DNA of 63,772 nt, the filler included, from Octopus bimaculoides (lineage: Eukaryota), in assembly GCF_001194135.2 (NCBI RefSeq). It is 7 parts of 7 records of this genome, joined end to end, with 100 filler letters (N's around TTAATTAATTAA, not from the genome) between each part and the next. Parts side by side here need not be neighbours in the genome. Positions count along the whole stretch, not along the records: positions 49,521 to 52,492 come from NC_069008.1; positions 52,593 to 61,222 come from NC_069002.1; positions 61,323 to 63,772 come from NC_069005.1; 4 more parts are not named here. One strand, given 5' to 3'. The position numbers were made by a program, and so were the translations under genes. Positions 50,993 to 63,772 of this stretch are shown here, in pieces. The notes below the pieces were generated by a model that saw only the letters and a list, made by a program, of their open reading frames with translations, made no database searches and was not told the DNA's origin. The stretch's first letter is position 1. Every line of letters begins with the position of its first letter.

Positions 50993-51482
50993 TAGATGTG
51001 TGCGCCAGCAAAAGAGTACTTGATCACTCGATGTACTAACGATAGGTGTAACCTCAATATCTACCTCGGACTATTCCCTACGACCTTTGTTACACGATGC
51101 CGGAATACAAGAACAGACTATCAGCGCCGCAACACCTTTAACAATAGCTCTACTCGATCAGGACTGACTTGAGGCTAAACAACAACAACAGCAACAACAG
51201 CATAAACAACAACAATAACAACTTAGACGAAGAACCATTATCTCCGTCTAAGCGCCACTTCGCTACAACAACAGTAACGCGACGTTAACATTATCAAAAA
51301 TTATGCAGACACTGGAGCAATCATTATGAAGAGGGAGATTAAATTGATTATATGTCTTAATGTCTGAGACGAAGAGTTGTTGACAGGATTGTAATTTTTC
51401 GAAGCATTAACTTCATCTTTGGAAACGGAAGATTTTTCAATATTTCGACCTGCACCTGACCTACGCAGCAATCTTTTAACTA

Positions 51483-51523
<41 letters not shown>

Positions 51524-51699
51524 AGTATCAATTTATCTGTGTCTATTCATCGATCTATCTATTTATCTATCAATCTATCTGTGTCTATCTATCTATCTGT
51601 CTGTGTCTATCTATCTATCTAATCTGTCACTTGTTTCAGTCATTAGACTGCAGCCACGCTGGAAGCACCGTCTTGGTGACATATAGTATTACACACACA

Positions 51700-51783
<84 letters not shown>

Positions 51784-52344
51784 CACACACACACATACAA
51801 GAGGGATGACCTCTAAGTGGACATCAATTTTGCTAGAAGAAGACCACCTATGGTCTGACCACTAAGAAAAGATTGTTCTCAAGAAAATTCAGCCAACACC
51901 AGGACGTAAGCGAGCAAGACAAATGGAAAGATTAATCACAGACCGGTTTCGTTATCAACCCTTACGTAATTACTTACGTAACTGTCCGCAACTCTTCAGT
52001 ATGATCGTCTTGGTAATATAATTTGCAGAACTATACACGAGACGTCCGCATGAGATTGAACATGTATATAGTTCTATCAATTACATATGGGGTTTTATAT
52101 ATATATAATTTTTATCTTTTAATCTTTTACTTTAGTCATTAGCCTCAGGCCATGCTGAATTTCGGATGTCGGGGCGGAAACCCACGCCGCCATCTCTTCA
52201 GTTATCTGGCCATCCGACATCCGAAACATGGCTACCGAATAATTGTCACATATCATTTACAGATAAATTCCTCTATTTACATAATATCGAGGTCTCTTTC
52301 TTTCTTTTTGTTGTCTTATCTTTTCTATCAATATATATATATAT

Positions 52345-52445
52345 ATATATAGACAACAAACAGATGTATTAGTATAACGCTCGGGAAGTGAAAAAGTCTT
52401 TAACGTTTCGAGCCTACGCTCTTCCACAGAAAGAAACAAGGAGAG
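52345..52445 (-). mobile_element. Penelope-pLTR-like repeat, copy 3 (hammerhead-like motif at 52397-52434)
   Basis: Minus strand: TCTTT CTGTGGA A GAGC GTAG GCTC GAAA CGTT AAAGA. Confidence 0.6.
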
Positions 52446-52896
52446 AAAATATTGTTTATACTGTTGATTAGTGAGTGTGAGTATATATATGTNNNNNNNN
52501 NNNNNNNNNNNNNNNNNNNNNNNNNNNNNNNNNNNNTTAATTAATTAANNNNNNNNNNNNNNNNNNNNNNNNNNNNNNNNNNNNNNNNNNNNTATATATA
52601 TACTTACATACATACATAAATATAGGTAAGTACTTAAATTGAGGCACCTCGTTAGGTCGGAATGATATACACTCACAGCAATATTATGTAAATATGAAAC
52701 TCTGTTCATAAGTACCGGCCGAATGATGTTCGTGCAGCGTATATCGATTATTATACCCAGCTGAGTGAAAATAACTGCTCTTGTGATATTCAGACATGTA
52801 TATTATTATATTAAACATACGCCCCATAATGTTTACGAAGGCCAGTTACCGAAACAGGTGAATAAAATATAAATGAGCAACACTCTCCTGTTAGTC

Positions 52897-52954
<58 letters not shown>

Positions 52955-53662
52955 GAGTGAAAAACATAGCCTGCCCATTAGTTCGTGCTTTTATTTTTTT
53001 ATCTTCGGGTGGAATCCGTAACAAACTGCAGACGAGAAACAACGGAGAATAAACTCCCTTATCACTCGTTTAAAAAAAAAACAGTTTTATTAGTCTGTGT
53101 GTATGTGTGTCTGTTTGCGTGTGTATGCGTGTGTACCTATGAGACAGAGAGAGAAACAAGTTATATTTTTAGGATTATTTAGAATCCGAGAAAATTCGTG
53201 TTCGCAAAGATGTAATACGACATAAAATTCATTTCATTATGTAAAATTAGGGCGTTAAGTTAATAAAAACTTCGTTCTTATTGCATTAAGTTAACTAAAC
53301 AACTTCTCTTATTGTACTAAGTTAATAAAATAACATCTCTTAGCTGTTTTATACAACGTCAGTACGTCAGTTTGATAAAAGCAATATACAAACAAATGTC
53401 GAATTTGGTGGCGATAAAGAAAGAATTATGCGAATGTATGTCTATGTGATAAACAACTGTTTTGAGATCTTTCTAGAAATTGCTGCGTTTTTCACCATCT
53501 AGTCAATAGGAATTTATTGGAAACATCTGATCTGACATTTAAATAGAGAAAAGAATTGTTTTCTCGGCATTACATAGTTGACGAATCCATTTGTGTATGA
53601 GTGCATCTTTCATGTATATTCCATTTTATAATATTTTACTGCGTAATATTTTACAGCATTTT

Positions 53663-54005
53663 GAGGTGGCTAACTGGGAAGGTCGTTAACGCGACGGGTA
53701 AAATGCTTAGCGGCATTTCGTCCATCTTTACTTTCAGAGTTCAAATTCCGCCCAGGTCCATTTTATCTTTGATCCTTTCGGGGTCGATAAAATAAGTACC
53801 AGTTACGAATTGGGTGTCGATATAATTGACTTACCTCCTCCTCCGCCACCGCTGACCTTGCTTTACACCATTTTAAGGCGGTGAGCTGGCAAAATCTTTT
53901 GCACGCCGCACAAAATGCTTAGCGGTATTTTGTCTGTCTTCATGTACTGAGTTCAAATTCCGCCAAGGTCGACTTTACCTTTCAACCTTCCGAAGCCGAT
54001 AAAGT
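53663..54005 (+). mobile_element. Two tandem SINE family A copies
   Basis: 53663-53860 and 53874-54005. Confidence 0.8.
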
Positions 54006-54193
54006 GAAATTTATATTATTTTCGTCGCGAAAGGATTCCATGTTAATTCGTAAGAGATTCGATCGGAAATGCGTGCAAAGCAAAGAAGATACACGTGTTT
54101 GAATGTTTATATCAAGTACATATCAATATATATATCAATATATATATAAGTATTATATTGTATATATGCATAAACGTACCGTACATACACATA

Positions 54194-54241
<48 letters not shown>

Positions 54242-57200
54242 CATACATATATCTATGTATACATAGAAATATACATACATACATACATATTTACGTACAT
54301 ACATACACACACACACACACACATATATATATATGTGTGTGTGTGTTGTGTGTATTTGCATATATACGTGCATGTATATTTTAGCTGTTTTTTAATAATC
54401 TTTCCTATCTGAAGACAGCTTTCCAGTATTAGCCGTTTTTCCAGTTTTGCAACTATACTATTTATGGAATCTTGAAATCGTACTTCTTCACATAATCACA
54501 TCTTGCAAGAATTTCGCATCCATGCATACAGGCTAATGGGATATGTATAAGATTTCTGGTTTTTCGCTGATCAATTCTTCTATCGCTTGCATCCGTCTTA
54601 ATAAATCTCTTCCCTCACGTTCTACTACCAGTCGCTCCATGTTGACGTAGGAGTATCTTAAAAACACCATATTGGAGATTATACATTCATAATATTTCTT
54701 TCATCAGTAATCATTTAGTTTTCATCATTTATCTCTTACTTGTTTAAGTCATTAGACAGCGGCCATACTGGGGCACCGCCTTGAAGAAATTTTAGTCGAA
54801 TGAATCGATCCCTGTATTTATTTATTTATTTATTTATTTATTTATTGAGACTGGTACATATTATATCGGTCTCTTAAGCCGAACCGCTAATTTACGGAAT
54901 CGTAAGCACACGGACACCAGATGGAAAGTGCGGACACTCACAGACTCACACACGCACGCATACACATTCGTACGCACGCACGCACACACACATATATGTA
55001 TATATATATATATGTATGTATGTATGTATGTATATATATATATATATATATAAAAGAGAGTACGAATCTTTAAGAATCATCTTCTTTCCTTTTTCTAAAA
55101 GAAACACTAAAATCTCCTTCTCAAACACCCACCCATTACACCTCACAACTTTCAAAAAACTGCAAACTACCAATGTTTTACTTTTAACTTTTTGGAAAGC
55201 GGGGAAGTTTCTTCAGAAATAATATCTTTTACCTGTTGTTTCTAGCNNNNNNNNNNNNNNNNNNNNNNNNNNNNNNNNNNNNNNNNNNNNNNNNNNNNNN
55301 NNNNNNNNNNNNNNNNNNNNNNNNNNNNNNNNNNNNNNNNNNNNNNNNNNNNNNNNNNNNNNNNNNNNNNNNNNNNNNNNNNNNNNNNNNNNNNNNNNNN
55401 NNNNNNNNNNNNNNNNNNNNNNNNNNNNNNNNNNNNNNNNNNNNNNNNNNNNNNNNNNNNNNNNNNNNNNNNNNNNNNNNNNNNNNNNNNNNNNNNNNNN
55501 NNNNNNNNNNNNNNNNNNNNNNNNNNNNNNNNNNNNNNNNNNNNNNNNNNNNNNNNNNNNNNNNNNNNNNNNNNNNNNNNNNNNNNNNNNNNNNNNNNNN
55601 NNNNNNNNNNNNNNNNNNNNNNNNNNNNNNNNNNNNNNNNNNNNNNNNNNNNNNNNNNNNNNNNNNNNNNNNNNNNNNNNNNNNNNNNNNNNNNNNNNNN
55701 NNNNNNNNNNNNNNNNNNNNNNNNNNNNNNNNNNNNNNNNNNNNNNNNNNNNNNNNNNNNNNNNNNNNNNNNNNNNNNNNNNNNNNNNNNNNNNNNNNNN
55801 NNNNNNNNNNNNNNNNNNNNNNNNNNNNNNNNNNNNNNNNNNNNNNNNNNNNNNNNNNNNNNNNNNNNNNNNNNNNNNNNNNNNNNNNNNNNNNNNNNNN
55901 NNNNNNNNNNNNNNNNNNNNNNNNNNNNNNNNNNNNNNNNNNNNNNNNNNNNNNNNNNNNNNNNNNNNNNNNNNNNNNNNNNNNNNNNNNNNNNNNNNNN
56001 NNNNNNNNNNNNNNNNNNNNNNNNNNNNNNNNNNNNNNNNNNNNNNNNNNNNNNNNNNNNNNNNNNNNNNNNNNNNNNNNNNNNNNNNNNNNNNNNNNNN
56101 NNNNNNNNNNNNNNNNNNNNNNNNNNNNNNNNNNNNNNNNNNNNNNNNNNNNNNNNNNNNNNNNNNNNNNNNNNNNNNNNNNNNNNNNNNTATATATATG
56201 TATACATCACAGCATTAGATAAGACCACGTAGCTGGTTGCGAAGCGTAGCTTCTTCCTAAGCCACAAAAGCACTCCAGTGTTTATATCCAAGTGCATATG
56301 ACTGAAATTAAAACCAGAGACCGGAAGTGGAGAAGCTATATAAAATAAAATATCCAGACAATACGCTCACATCTGTCCTTCATCAATCTTCTCTACCACC
56401 TCATAAATATCTAGATATTTGATTTTGCTAGTCTTGCCTCAGGTAAAACTGTGTTCAACATAACGTATGAATAAAACTTCCAGTCTACTTGTATTCATTT
56501 CACACAGAGAGTCCATTCGGCTGCTTTCTTTCGATGTATCTTTTCTTTATCTGTGCAAATTTCCATTACGCTTATACGTTCTCAGTTACACTAATTTCAA
56601 CTCAATTATTTCGTCTTTTTCTCTATCTTTGTTTCATCTCCCTTTTTTATCTCATTTCATCTCTTATATTTGTACTGCTTATTGTAGTTTAGATGACACG
56701 GCCAGCTGTTGAAGAACGAACTGTGTGGGTCTGTAGACGACCAGTGGACATTTTCATATCTTTCTCCGTGTGTGAATGTCTGTATATGTATACATGCAAG
56801 TACGTATGCAATAAACAAATATATATACATTTATATATACGCATATCTATTTATCTTTGTCTATCTCTGTCTCTGTGTGTTTGTCTCTCTCCCTGTCTTT
56901 CTCTGTATATATATATATATATATTCGGCAGCAGTATCATCGCCAAACAGTGTCTAGGCATAAGCAAATTTCAGATTAGTTAAAATATGTTTGACATATT
57001 CCAACAAATAATGGTAAATTAACTGCGGTTACCATGGAGAAGAAATTCTCTCTTATGGTCACAAGGTTTATAAACTCCATATCTGCCCAGTGTTTCTCTC
57101 CATCGGATTCCCAGGAGCAGCGTTTCTGGCTCTTTATCCTCCCTCAAAGGGAAACAACGTGGACAGTAACCCTGGGCAGATTTAAAGTCACAGCCTCAAC

Positions 57201-57829
57201 TAAAAACAGTCAACGGTGTTAAGTTGCTCTGTTGGACTTCTCGGTCGGATAAATGTCAACAGTATCAATTCTCACTAATGGAAAAAGGTGTAAAAACTAT
57301 CTGCACAGTGTTGCTCTTTATCGGTAATGCGAATTGAAGTACTCGATACGGACGTAGAGTTTAAGTAATCTTTCGTGGAACGTAAACAAACCAGCGCCGG
57401 TTGTCAAGCGGTGGCAGTGGAGCAACAAAAAGAATATAGATTTTTTCCCTCGCTTTCTAAAATTCGAAAAAAACAGTTTCTCGACAGTCCTCTAGTTTCC
57501 TCTTTCAGTTTTGTTATTTATCCTCGATGTGTACATGAATTCACAGTCAATATTTTGCACAGCCTTCCATCCTTGCTGTACAAAGATTTCACCGAATACC
57601 GTCACCGTGATTAAACTTAGCAAGCCACATCCCTATGTCTTTCAAATTAATATTAGACTTTTATTTTTCAGTAGTTTGTGGTGGATCATAATCGTCAACT
57701 TCATCTTGTATCTTCTTTTCAAGTTGCACTTCATTAACAGCATCACGTCAATGACCTTCTATAGTAATATCAATCTCGTTTCAACGGTCGGGTCTGATGA
57801 AAAATTTAATTATCGCATCTTCATTTCGC

Positions 57830-57920
57830 CTTTCTTCTTCTTCTTCTTCTTCTTCTTCTTCTTCTTCTTCTTCTTCTTCTTCTTCTTCTTCTTCTTCTTC
57901 TTCTTCTTCTTCTTCTTCTC
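57830..57920. repeat. (TTC)n microsatellite
   Basis: Seen directly. Confidence 0.95.
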
Positions 57921-58279
57921 TCGTTTTGTTCAACCTTTTTTTTTTTTCGAAATGCTGCACCGCTGTCCTTAATTCGCTTCATCTCAAATTATATCAGTGA
58001 TATCGTAAATTTATATGAATAAAACCAAAGAGAGTATAGACCAACCTAAAAAATAATCAACTTCTTGAATAGCATCGACACACTGTTTAATCTGGTAGCA
58101 CACAATATTACTGTATTAACAATATTATACCGTACATAACACAATATCAAAACACAATACAATTTACTGATGATGAATTTATATTTTAAGGAAATTTTAA
58201 TAGCTACTATAGATTATTAAAGTCTAATATTTATACTGCGTTTTTATTAATGATACATTAATGCAAATAAATTGTGTTG

Positions 58280-58330
58280 CCCGTTGGGTGGGGGCGACTG
58301 CCCTCCCCGCCTCCTCTTGTTACGCCACTG
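58280..58330 (-). mobile_element. Possible hAT-type MITE terminus
   Basis: The reverse complement begins CAGTGGCGTAACAAGAGGAGGCGGGG; no partner TIR or TSD found. Confidence 0.3.
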
Positions 58331-58725
58331 AGTATTGTGTCTCGGCTGGTCAAGGACAAAACACGTCGCCGGGAATCCACTGACGACCTTATGATCGTCA
58401 ACCAATTACCATTAACCACTAAGCTGTTATATCATTATCTATCCATCCACCCATCCATCCATCTCTATCTGTCTATCTATCTATCTATCTATCTATAAGT
58501 ATGTCTGTCTGTGAGTCTGTGTGTGTGTCTGACGAACTGTTAGGTGGCCGGGAGGCTGGCTGGCTGGAGGGTCAGGCGGACTGGTCGACACGTTTGCTGG
58601 CAATTTACTCTCAGGTAGTTTATTTATCTGACTGTCTGTCCTTCCGTCTGTCTCACTGTCGCTCTCTCTCTCTCTCTCTCTCACTCACTCACTCTTTCTC
58701 TATCTATCTATCTATCTGTCTGTCC

Positions 58726-58790
<65 letters not shown>

Positions 58791-58823
58791 CCTATCTATC
58801 TCTGCGTCAGTCTGTCTGTATAT

Positions 58824-58871
<48 letters not shown>

Positions 58872-59691
58872 ATGTATGTCTGTGTTTGTGTGCGTGTGTC
58901 TGCACGCGCACGAGTGCGCACGTGTGTGTGTGTGTGTGTCTGTCATGTTCACAAATTTAGAGCCTCATTAAACATCCTTTTACAAGATATTCTCTCTTTT
59001 GTCACATTCTACAAATTTTGAAACAAATCATGAAACCAAAACAGAAGCACAATCATTAAATCTTCCTTCCTTCCTTTCTTCCTTCCTTCCTTCCCTCCTT
59101 CCTTCATCCCTTTCTTTTATCTCGTTTTGATCTTCCCTTTCTATCTTCATTCTTCTCTTTCTTCTTTTCTTTCATTTCTTCTTTCTGTTTTGGCTTTTTT
59201 TCATTATTTTACTTTTTACTATTTATCTCCATAGTTTTATTAATCAGATTCCACAGCAGAATGTTTCTCTCTCCTTCTCTCTCTCTCTCTCACACTCTCT
59301 CTCTCTATTTGCCCTGACATCTCTCTCGTTACCCCCCCCCCTTTATCTCTCTCTCTCTCTCTCTCTCTCTCTTTACCGTTTCATATCTCTCCTCTCCCTC
59401 TATCATTGTCTCTCTTTCTCTTACAATTCATCTGTCACGAACACATAGATACCCTCAAAACACTGGTCAAACTCCATCGTAAATTTGTCACTTGTAAACC
59501 ATTATCCGACGCCATTAACAATGTCCAGTGCAGCTGCAATAACCACACTTCAGCGGTCGCCAAGGCAGCGCCATCAGCGCACTACTATTTCACCAGCATT
59601 ATGTAACATTCTACACTTATCTACCCGTTCGCAGAAACCTCATACACACAGACACACGTACAAATATATTTTATTGAAGCTGAAAAATCTT

Positions 59692-59723
<32 letters not shown>

Positions 59724-60044
59724 NNNNNNNNNNNNNNNNNNNNNNNNNNNNNNNNNNNNNNNNNNNNNNNNNNNNNNNNNNNNNNNNNNNNNNNNNNNNN
59801 NNNNNNNNNNNNNNNNNNNNNNNNNNNNNNNNNNNNNNNNNNNNNNNNNNNNNNNNNNNNNNNNNNNNNNNNNNNNNNNNNNNNNNNNNNNNNNNNNNNN
59901 NNNNNNNNNNNNNNNNNNNNNNNNNNNNNNNNNNNNNNNNNNNNNNNNNNNNNNNNNNNNNNNNNNNNNNNNNNNNNNNNNNNNNNNNNNNNNNNNNNNN
60001 NNNNNNNNNNNNNNNCTGCCAGCTCACTGTCCTGAGTAATAACG

Positions 60045-60313
60045 GTTTCAAATTATGGGACATGGCCAGGATTTTGGGGCGAGCTGGGTAAGTCGAGTAC
60101 GCAACTTGTACTTATGTTACCGACCACCGGAAGGACGAAGAGCAAATTCGACCTCGACGGAATTTGGGCTCACAAAGTCCTCAACTCGTACTTGTTTAAG
60201 CGACCCCGAAAGAATGAAAGGCAAACTTGACTTCGGCGGCGAAATTTGAACTCAGAACGTAAAGAAGGATGTCATTTTGTTCAGCGTATTAACGATTATG
60301 CCAGCTCGCCGCC
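60045..60313 (-). mobile_element. Two fused partial SINE family A copies
   Basis: The central domain occurs twice (~60105-60165 and ~60185-60250). Confidence 0.75.
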
Positions 60314-60343
60314 TGTACAATTCGTCAAACTTTTTCTGTCTCC

Positions 60344-60380
60344 TCTTTCCGACGAAGAGCTATGCACGAAACGTTAAAAA
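60344..60380 (+). ncRNA. Second hammerhead-like motif (U4>C core variant, different flanks)
   Basis: TCTTT CCGACGA A GAGC TAT GCAC GAAA CGTT AAAAA. Confidence 0.4.
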
Positions 60381-60504
60381 CCCGCATATGTACGTTCTCC
60401 TGTTGTCTGGTTATTGTTGTTCTTAATGTTCGATTGTTGACGTTCAACTTTTTTAATGTTCGATTTGACCATATTCTTATATTCCTCACTTCTTTTACTT
60501 GCTT

Positions 60505-60960
60505 CAATCATTAGACTGTAGCCATGCTGAGGCACGGACTTCAAATTATAGACGAATGAACCGACACCAGCACTTATACCTTTCTAAAGCCCGTACTTAT
60601 TCTATCGGTCTGTTTTGCCGAACTGCTTACTTACAGGGGCGCGAACACACCAGGGTTGTCAAGGGGTGGTGGAGGACCAATCTCAGAGACAAAGACACGT
60701 GCAGATACACACACACATACATACATATATGACGTTGGCCTCTGCGTTGGCCCCTTGTGGGCAATAAAAAATCACACATATATACGACGAACGTCTTTCA
60801 GTGTCCGGCTACCAAATCCACGCACAAAGCTTTGGTCGACCCGAGTCTATAATAGAAGGCACTTGCCCAAGGTGCCATGCAGTGAGAATGAACGCGAAAC
60901 CATGTGGTCGGGAAGCAAGCTTCTTATCAGACAACCACATCTGTATCTGCCCACACAGCC
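60505..60960 (-). mobile_element. SINE family B copy, with a 265-bp duplicate running into the gap at 61222
   Basis: Aligns to 22078-22484; duplicate offset is 265 bp (e.g. 60731 and 60996). Confidence 0.8.
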
Positions 60961-61514
60961 AACATGCATATGCATGCATACATACATACATATATGACGT
61001 TGGCCTCTGCGTTGGCCCCTTGTGGGCAATAAAAAATCACACATATATACGACGAACGTCTTTCAGTGTCCGGCTACCAAATCCACGCACAAAGCTTTGG
61101 TCGACCCGAGTCTATAATAGAAGGCACTTGCCCAAGGTGCCATGCAGTGAGAATGAACGCGAAACCATGTGGTCGGGAAGCAAGCTTCTTATCAGACAAC
61201 CACATCTGTATCTGCCCACACANNNNNNNNNNNNNNNNNNNNNNNNNNNNNNNNNNNNNNNNNNNNTTAATTAATTAANNNNNNNNNNNNNNNNNNNNNN
61301 NNNNNNNNNNNNNNNNNNNNNNCCCCCATTCGTATCCTAAACCTTCTCCGCCTTCGTCTCCTTCACCGCCTCCTACCTACACCCCCTACTACCACTCCTC
61401 ATCATCGCACATGCACTGCTACTGCTGTTACCGCTACTCTTACGGCAGCGATTACTTTGTTTATTTCTAGCAATCACCAGCTTAACACATTATTCGGTGC
61501 AGCTGTCCCTGTAT

Positions 61515-61920
61515 GTTAACTTATTTGCAGTATGTACTTTATCACTATTACTACTGCATTATAAACACTGCACTATCATCACTATATTATCAAGACTACA
61601 TTATCATTAGTCACCACAACATCATCATCAGTGTATTATCAAAACTACTTTATCATCACCACTGCGTTATCACATTACGACCACTAAATTATCACTATCA
61701 TACTATCACTGCCACATTATAAAAGCTACACTATCACTACAGCATTATCAAGCTTATAGTATGACTACTACGTTATTACTGCATCATCTCCACTACATTA
61801 TCCACATTACATTATCGCAACTATATTATTACCACTTCATAATAAACACTACATTATTACCACGACATTATAAGCATTATATGCACTACATTATCACTAA
61901 AACGTTATTACCAACACATC
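61515..61920. repeat. Highly decayed ACT/ATC-rich minisatellite (CACTACATTAT-like units)
   Basis: Recurrent ttatcact / cactacattat motifs. Confidence 0.6.
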
Positions 61921-62159
61921 AATACAGGATGAAGTTGATCTAGGATGAGCAATCTCTCCTTGTACAGAACGCTACTCAATCACAGATAACTTTCAATAAA
62001 ACCTAGAAGTTATCTGTCGTACGAAACTTAATCAACCGAGACAATTGATAGAATGCTATCTGTAAAAATAGAGGAAGAAAAAACCTGCAGTTGAATGACT
62101 GACCCATTCATCTGTTCAGTCAATCACAACGCGTTTAGATATATATATTTTAATCAGGC

Positions 62160-62425
62160 ACGTGCCGTGAGTGGTTACTCAGGGTAGGCAGTTGGTGACC
62201 TTTATGTAGTGAAACACAAAAAATAAGTGTGGTCTCAATAGACAAAATGGAAAAAGTGTTGCCCCTGAGGATGGTGAGGAAGAAGTGCTGAAACAGCCTT
62301 CCTGACTCACGGGGCTCTCGCTTGTGGATAGCCATCTCCACCCCGATAGCGGTGAGCAGGGATATGGTCCAGGAGTGGGGCTGAGAAGGCCGGAGGTCTC
62401 CACTGCCACAGGATCGTCTTCAGAA
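62160..62425 (-). mobile_element. CRE-like (RLE-type) non-LTR retrotransposon 3' fragment
   Basis: Frameshifted PVAVETSGLLSPT ... EPRESGRLFQHFFLTILRGNTFSIL matches the CRE C-terminal P.AVETSG...GEPRE..LFQRLS.A..RGNA.SIL. Confidence 0.7.
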
Positions 62426-62564
62426 TGGATAAAATAAAGCACGAGACAAAATACTAGAGATGGTGTAATCGGCTAACCACCATCCGCTAAAATTGTTGAA
62501 TTCGTGTCTACGTTAGAAACCATTATGAATCACAAAGCTTCACAGAAATAGGTACCGAAAAGCG

Positions 62565-62787
62565 GCGAACTAGCAGAAACGTTAGCACGCCGGGCGAAAT
62601 GCTTAGTGGTATTTCGTTTGCCGTTACGTTCTGAGTTCAAATTCCGCCGAGGTCGACTTTACCTTTCATCCTTTCGGGGTCGATAAATTAAGTACCAGTT
62701 ACGCACTAGGCTCGATATAATCGACTTAATTCCTTTGTCTGTCCTTGTTTGTCCCCTCTATGTTTAGCCCCTTGTGGGCAATAAAGA
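62565..62787 (+). mobile_element. SINE family A, best-preserved copy
   Basis: GCGGCGAACTAGCAGAAACGTTAGC (A-box-like), GAGTTCAAATTCC (B-box), central domain, tail GCCCCTTGTGGGCAATAAAGAAA. Confidence 0.9.
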
Positions 62788-62978
62788 AACAAGAAATAGG
62801 TACCGAATCCTCTGTAGATGTCACCTGTGGTTGAGTGGACGGCTATTCAATCGAACAGGGTGGGCGAGGTCTTTTCATCAATGACTTCCGGTCTTCTGGA
62901 CTTCTGGACTTCAGTTAAAGCTGTTTAGCTTTTATGTGTGGGTTTAGATCACATTTACCTTGTAAAGTAAAATATATT

Positions 62979-63352
62979 GTTGTTGTTGTTGGCACTCCGT
63001 CGCTTACGACGTCGTGGGTTCCAGTTGATCCGATCAACAGAACAGCCTGCTCGTGAAATTAACGTGCAAGTGGCTGAGCACTCCACAGACACGTTCTCGG
63101 GGATATTCAGCGTGACACAGTGTGACAAGGCTGACCCTTTGAATTACAGGCACAACAGAAACAGGAAGTAAGAGTGAGAGAAAGTTGTGGTGGAAGAGTA
63201 CAGCAGGGTTCGCCACCATCCCCTGCCGGAGCCTCGTGGAGCTTTAGGTATTTTCGCTCAATAAACACTCACAACGCCCGGTCTGGGAATTGAAACCGCG
63301 ATCCTATGACCGCGAGTCCGCTGCCCTAACCACTGGGCCATTGCGCCTCCAC
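62979..63352 (-). mobile_element. SINE family C, full length, 11-bp TSD
   Basis: Close match to 28572-28963 apart from a ~16-bp deletion and scattered substitutions; TSD TAAAATATATT at 62968-62978 and 63353-63363; (CAA)n tail. Confidence 0.92.
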
Positions 63353-63772
63353 TAAAATATATTATAACGTAGAAAACTTTGAATAGAAACAACACATTTT
63401 CAACATGCGTGTGTATGTGTGTGTGTGTACATGTCTGTGCATGCATGTATGTATGTATGTGCAGGTATGTATGTATGTATTACGTACGTATTTATGTATG
63501 TATTTGTGTGTGTCTGTGTCTGTGCGCTTGCATGTGTGTAATATATGGTGTACATATTCACTCTTCAGCAAAAGAGAAACCTTTGTTGAACGAGATGAGA
63601 GAAATTGAGATTTGTGAGATTTCACTTTGGCGGATGCTTTCTCAGAGAACTTGACATTTGCTTGGCTTTAGAAGTCTTCTTATATGCATACAATATATGT
63701 GTGTGTGTGTGTATGTGTGCGCGCGTGTACGTGTATGTATGTGTTATGTACGTGTGTATATATATATATATA

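Noticed and set aside
60714-61222. Apparently exact 265-bp tandem duplication (giving the repeated ORF MSGYQIHAQSFGRPES...)
   Set aside because: The duplicate ends at a linker gap, so it is most likely an unmerged contig overlap; the content is SINE family B.

Overview
AT-rich, microsatellite-dense eukaryotic scaffold with many N gaps. The SINE/LINE repertoire points to an octopod cephalopod (Octopus-like; inference). No complete protein-coding gene can be recognised, and nearly all ORFs in the supplied track are microsatellite or N-gap artefacts. Supported content: several tRNA-derived SINE families (some with clean TSDs); fragments of RTE-BovB-like, RTE/Rex3-like, Tx1/L1-like, R4-like and CRE-like non-LTR retrotransposons; a Ty3/Gypsy integrase remnant with a nested SINE; a hAT-like transposase pseudogene; and small MITEs. 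Most interesting signals: (1) a dispersed ~200-bp repeat with a minimal type-I hammerhead-ribozyme fold and non-canonical cores (CUGUUGA/CUGUGGA, and CCGACGA in a second family), Penelope-pLTR-like; (2) a ~36.3-47.5 kb domain where SINE copies have lost most CpGs while the same families elsewhere retain them, suggesting a germline-methylated gene body. That domain is flanked by a promoter-like motif cluster at ~49.2-49.4 kb and a minus-strand 3'UTR-like end at ~35.4 kb, and contains small candidate exons and a CpG-retaining patch with a perfect nuclear-receptor DR1. All alignments were done by eye; no searches were run.
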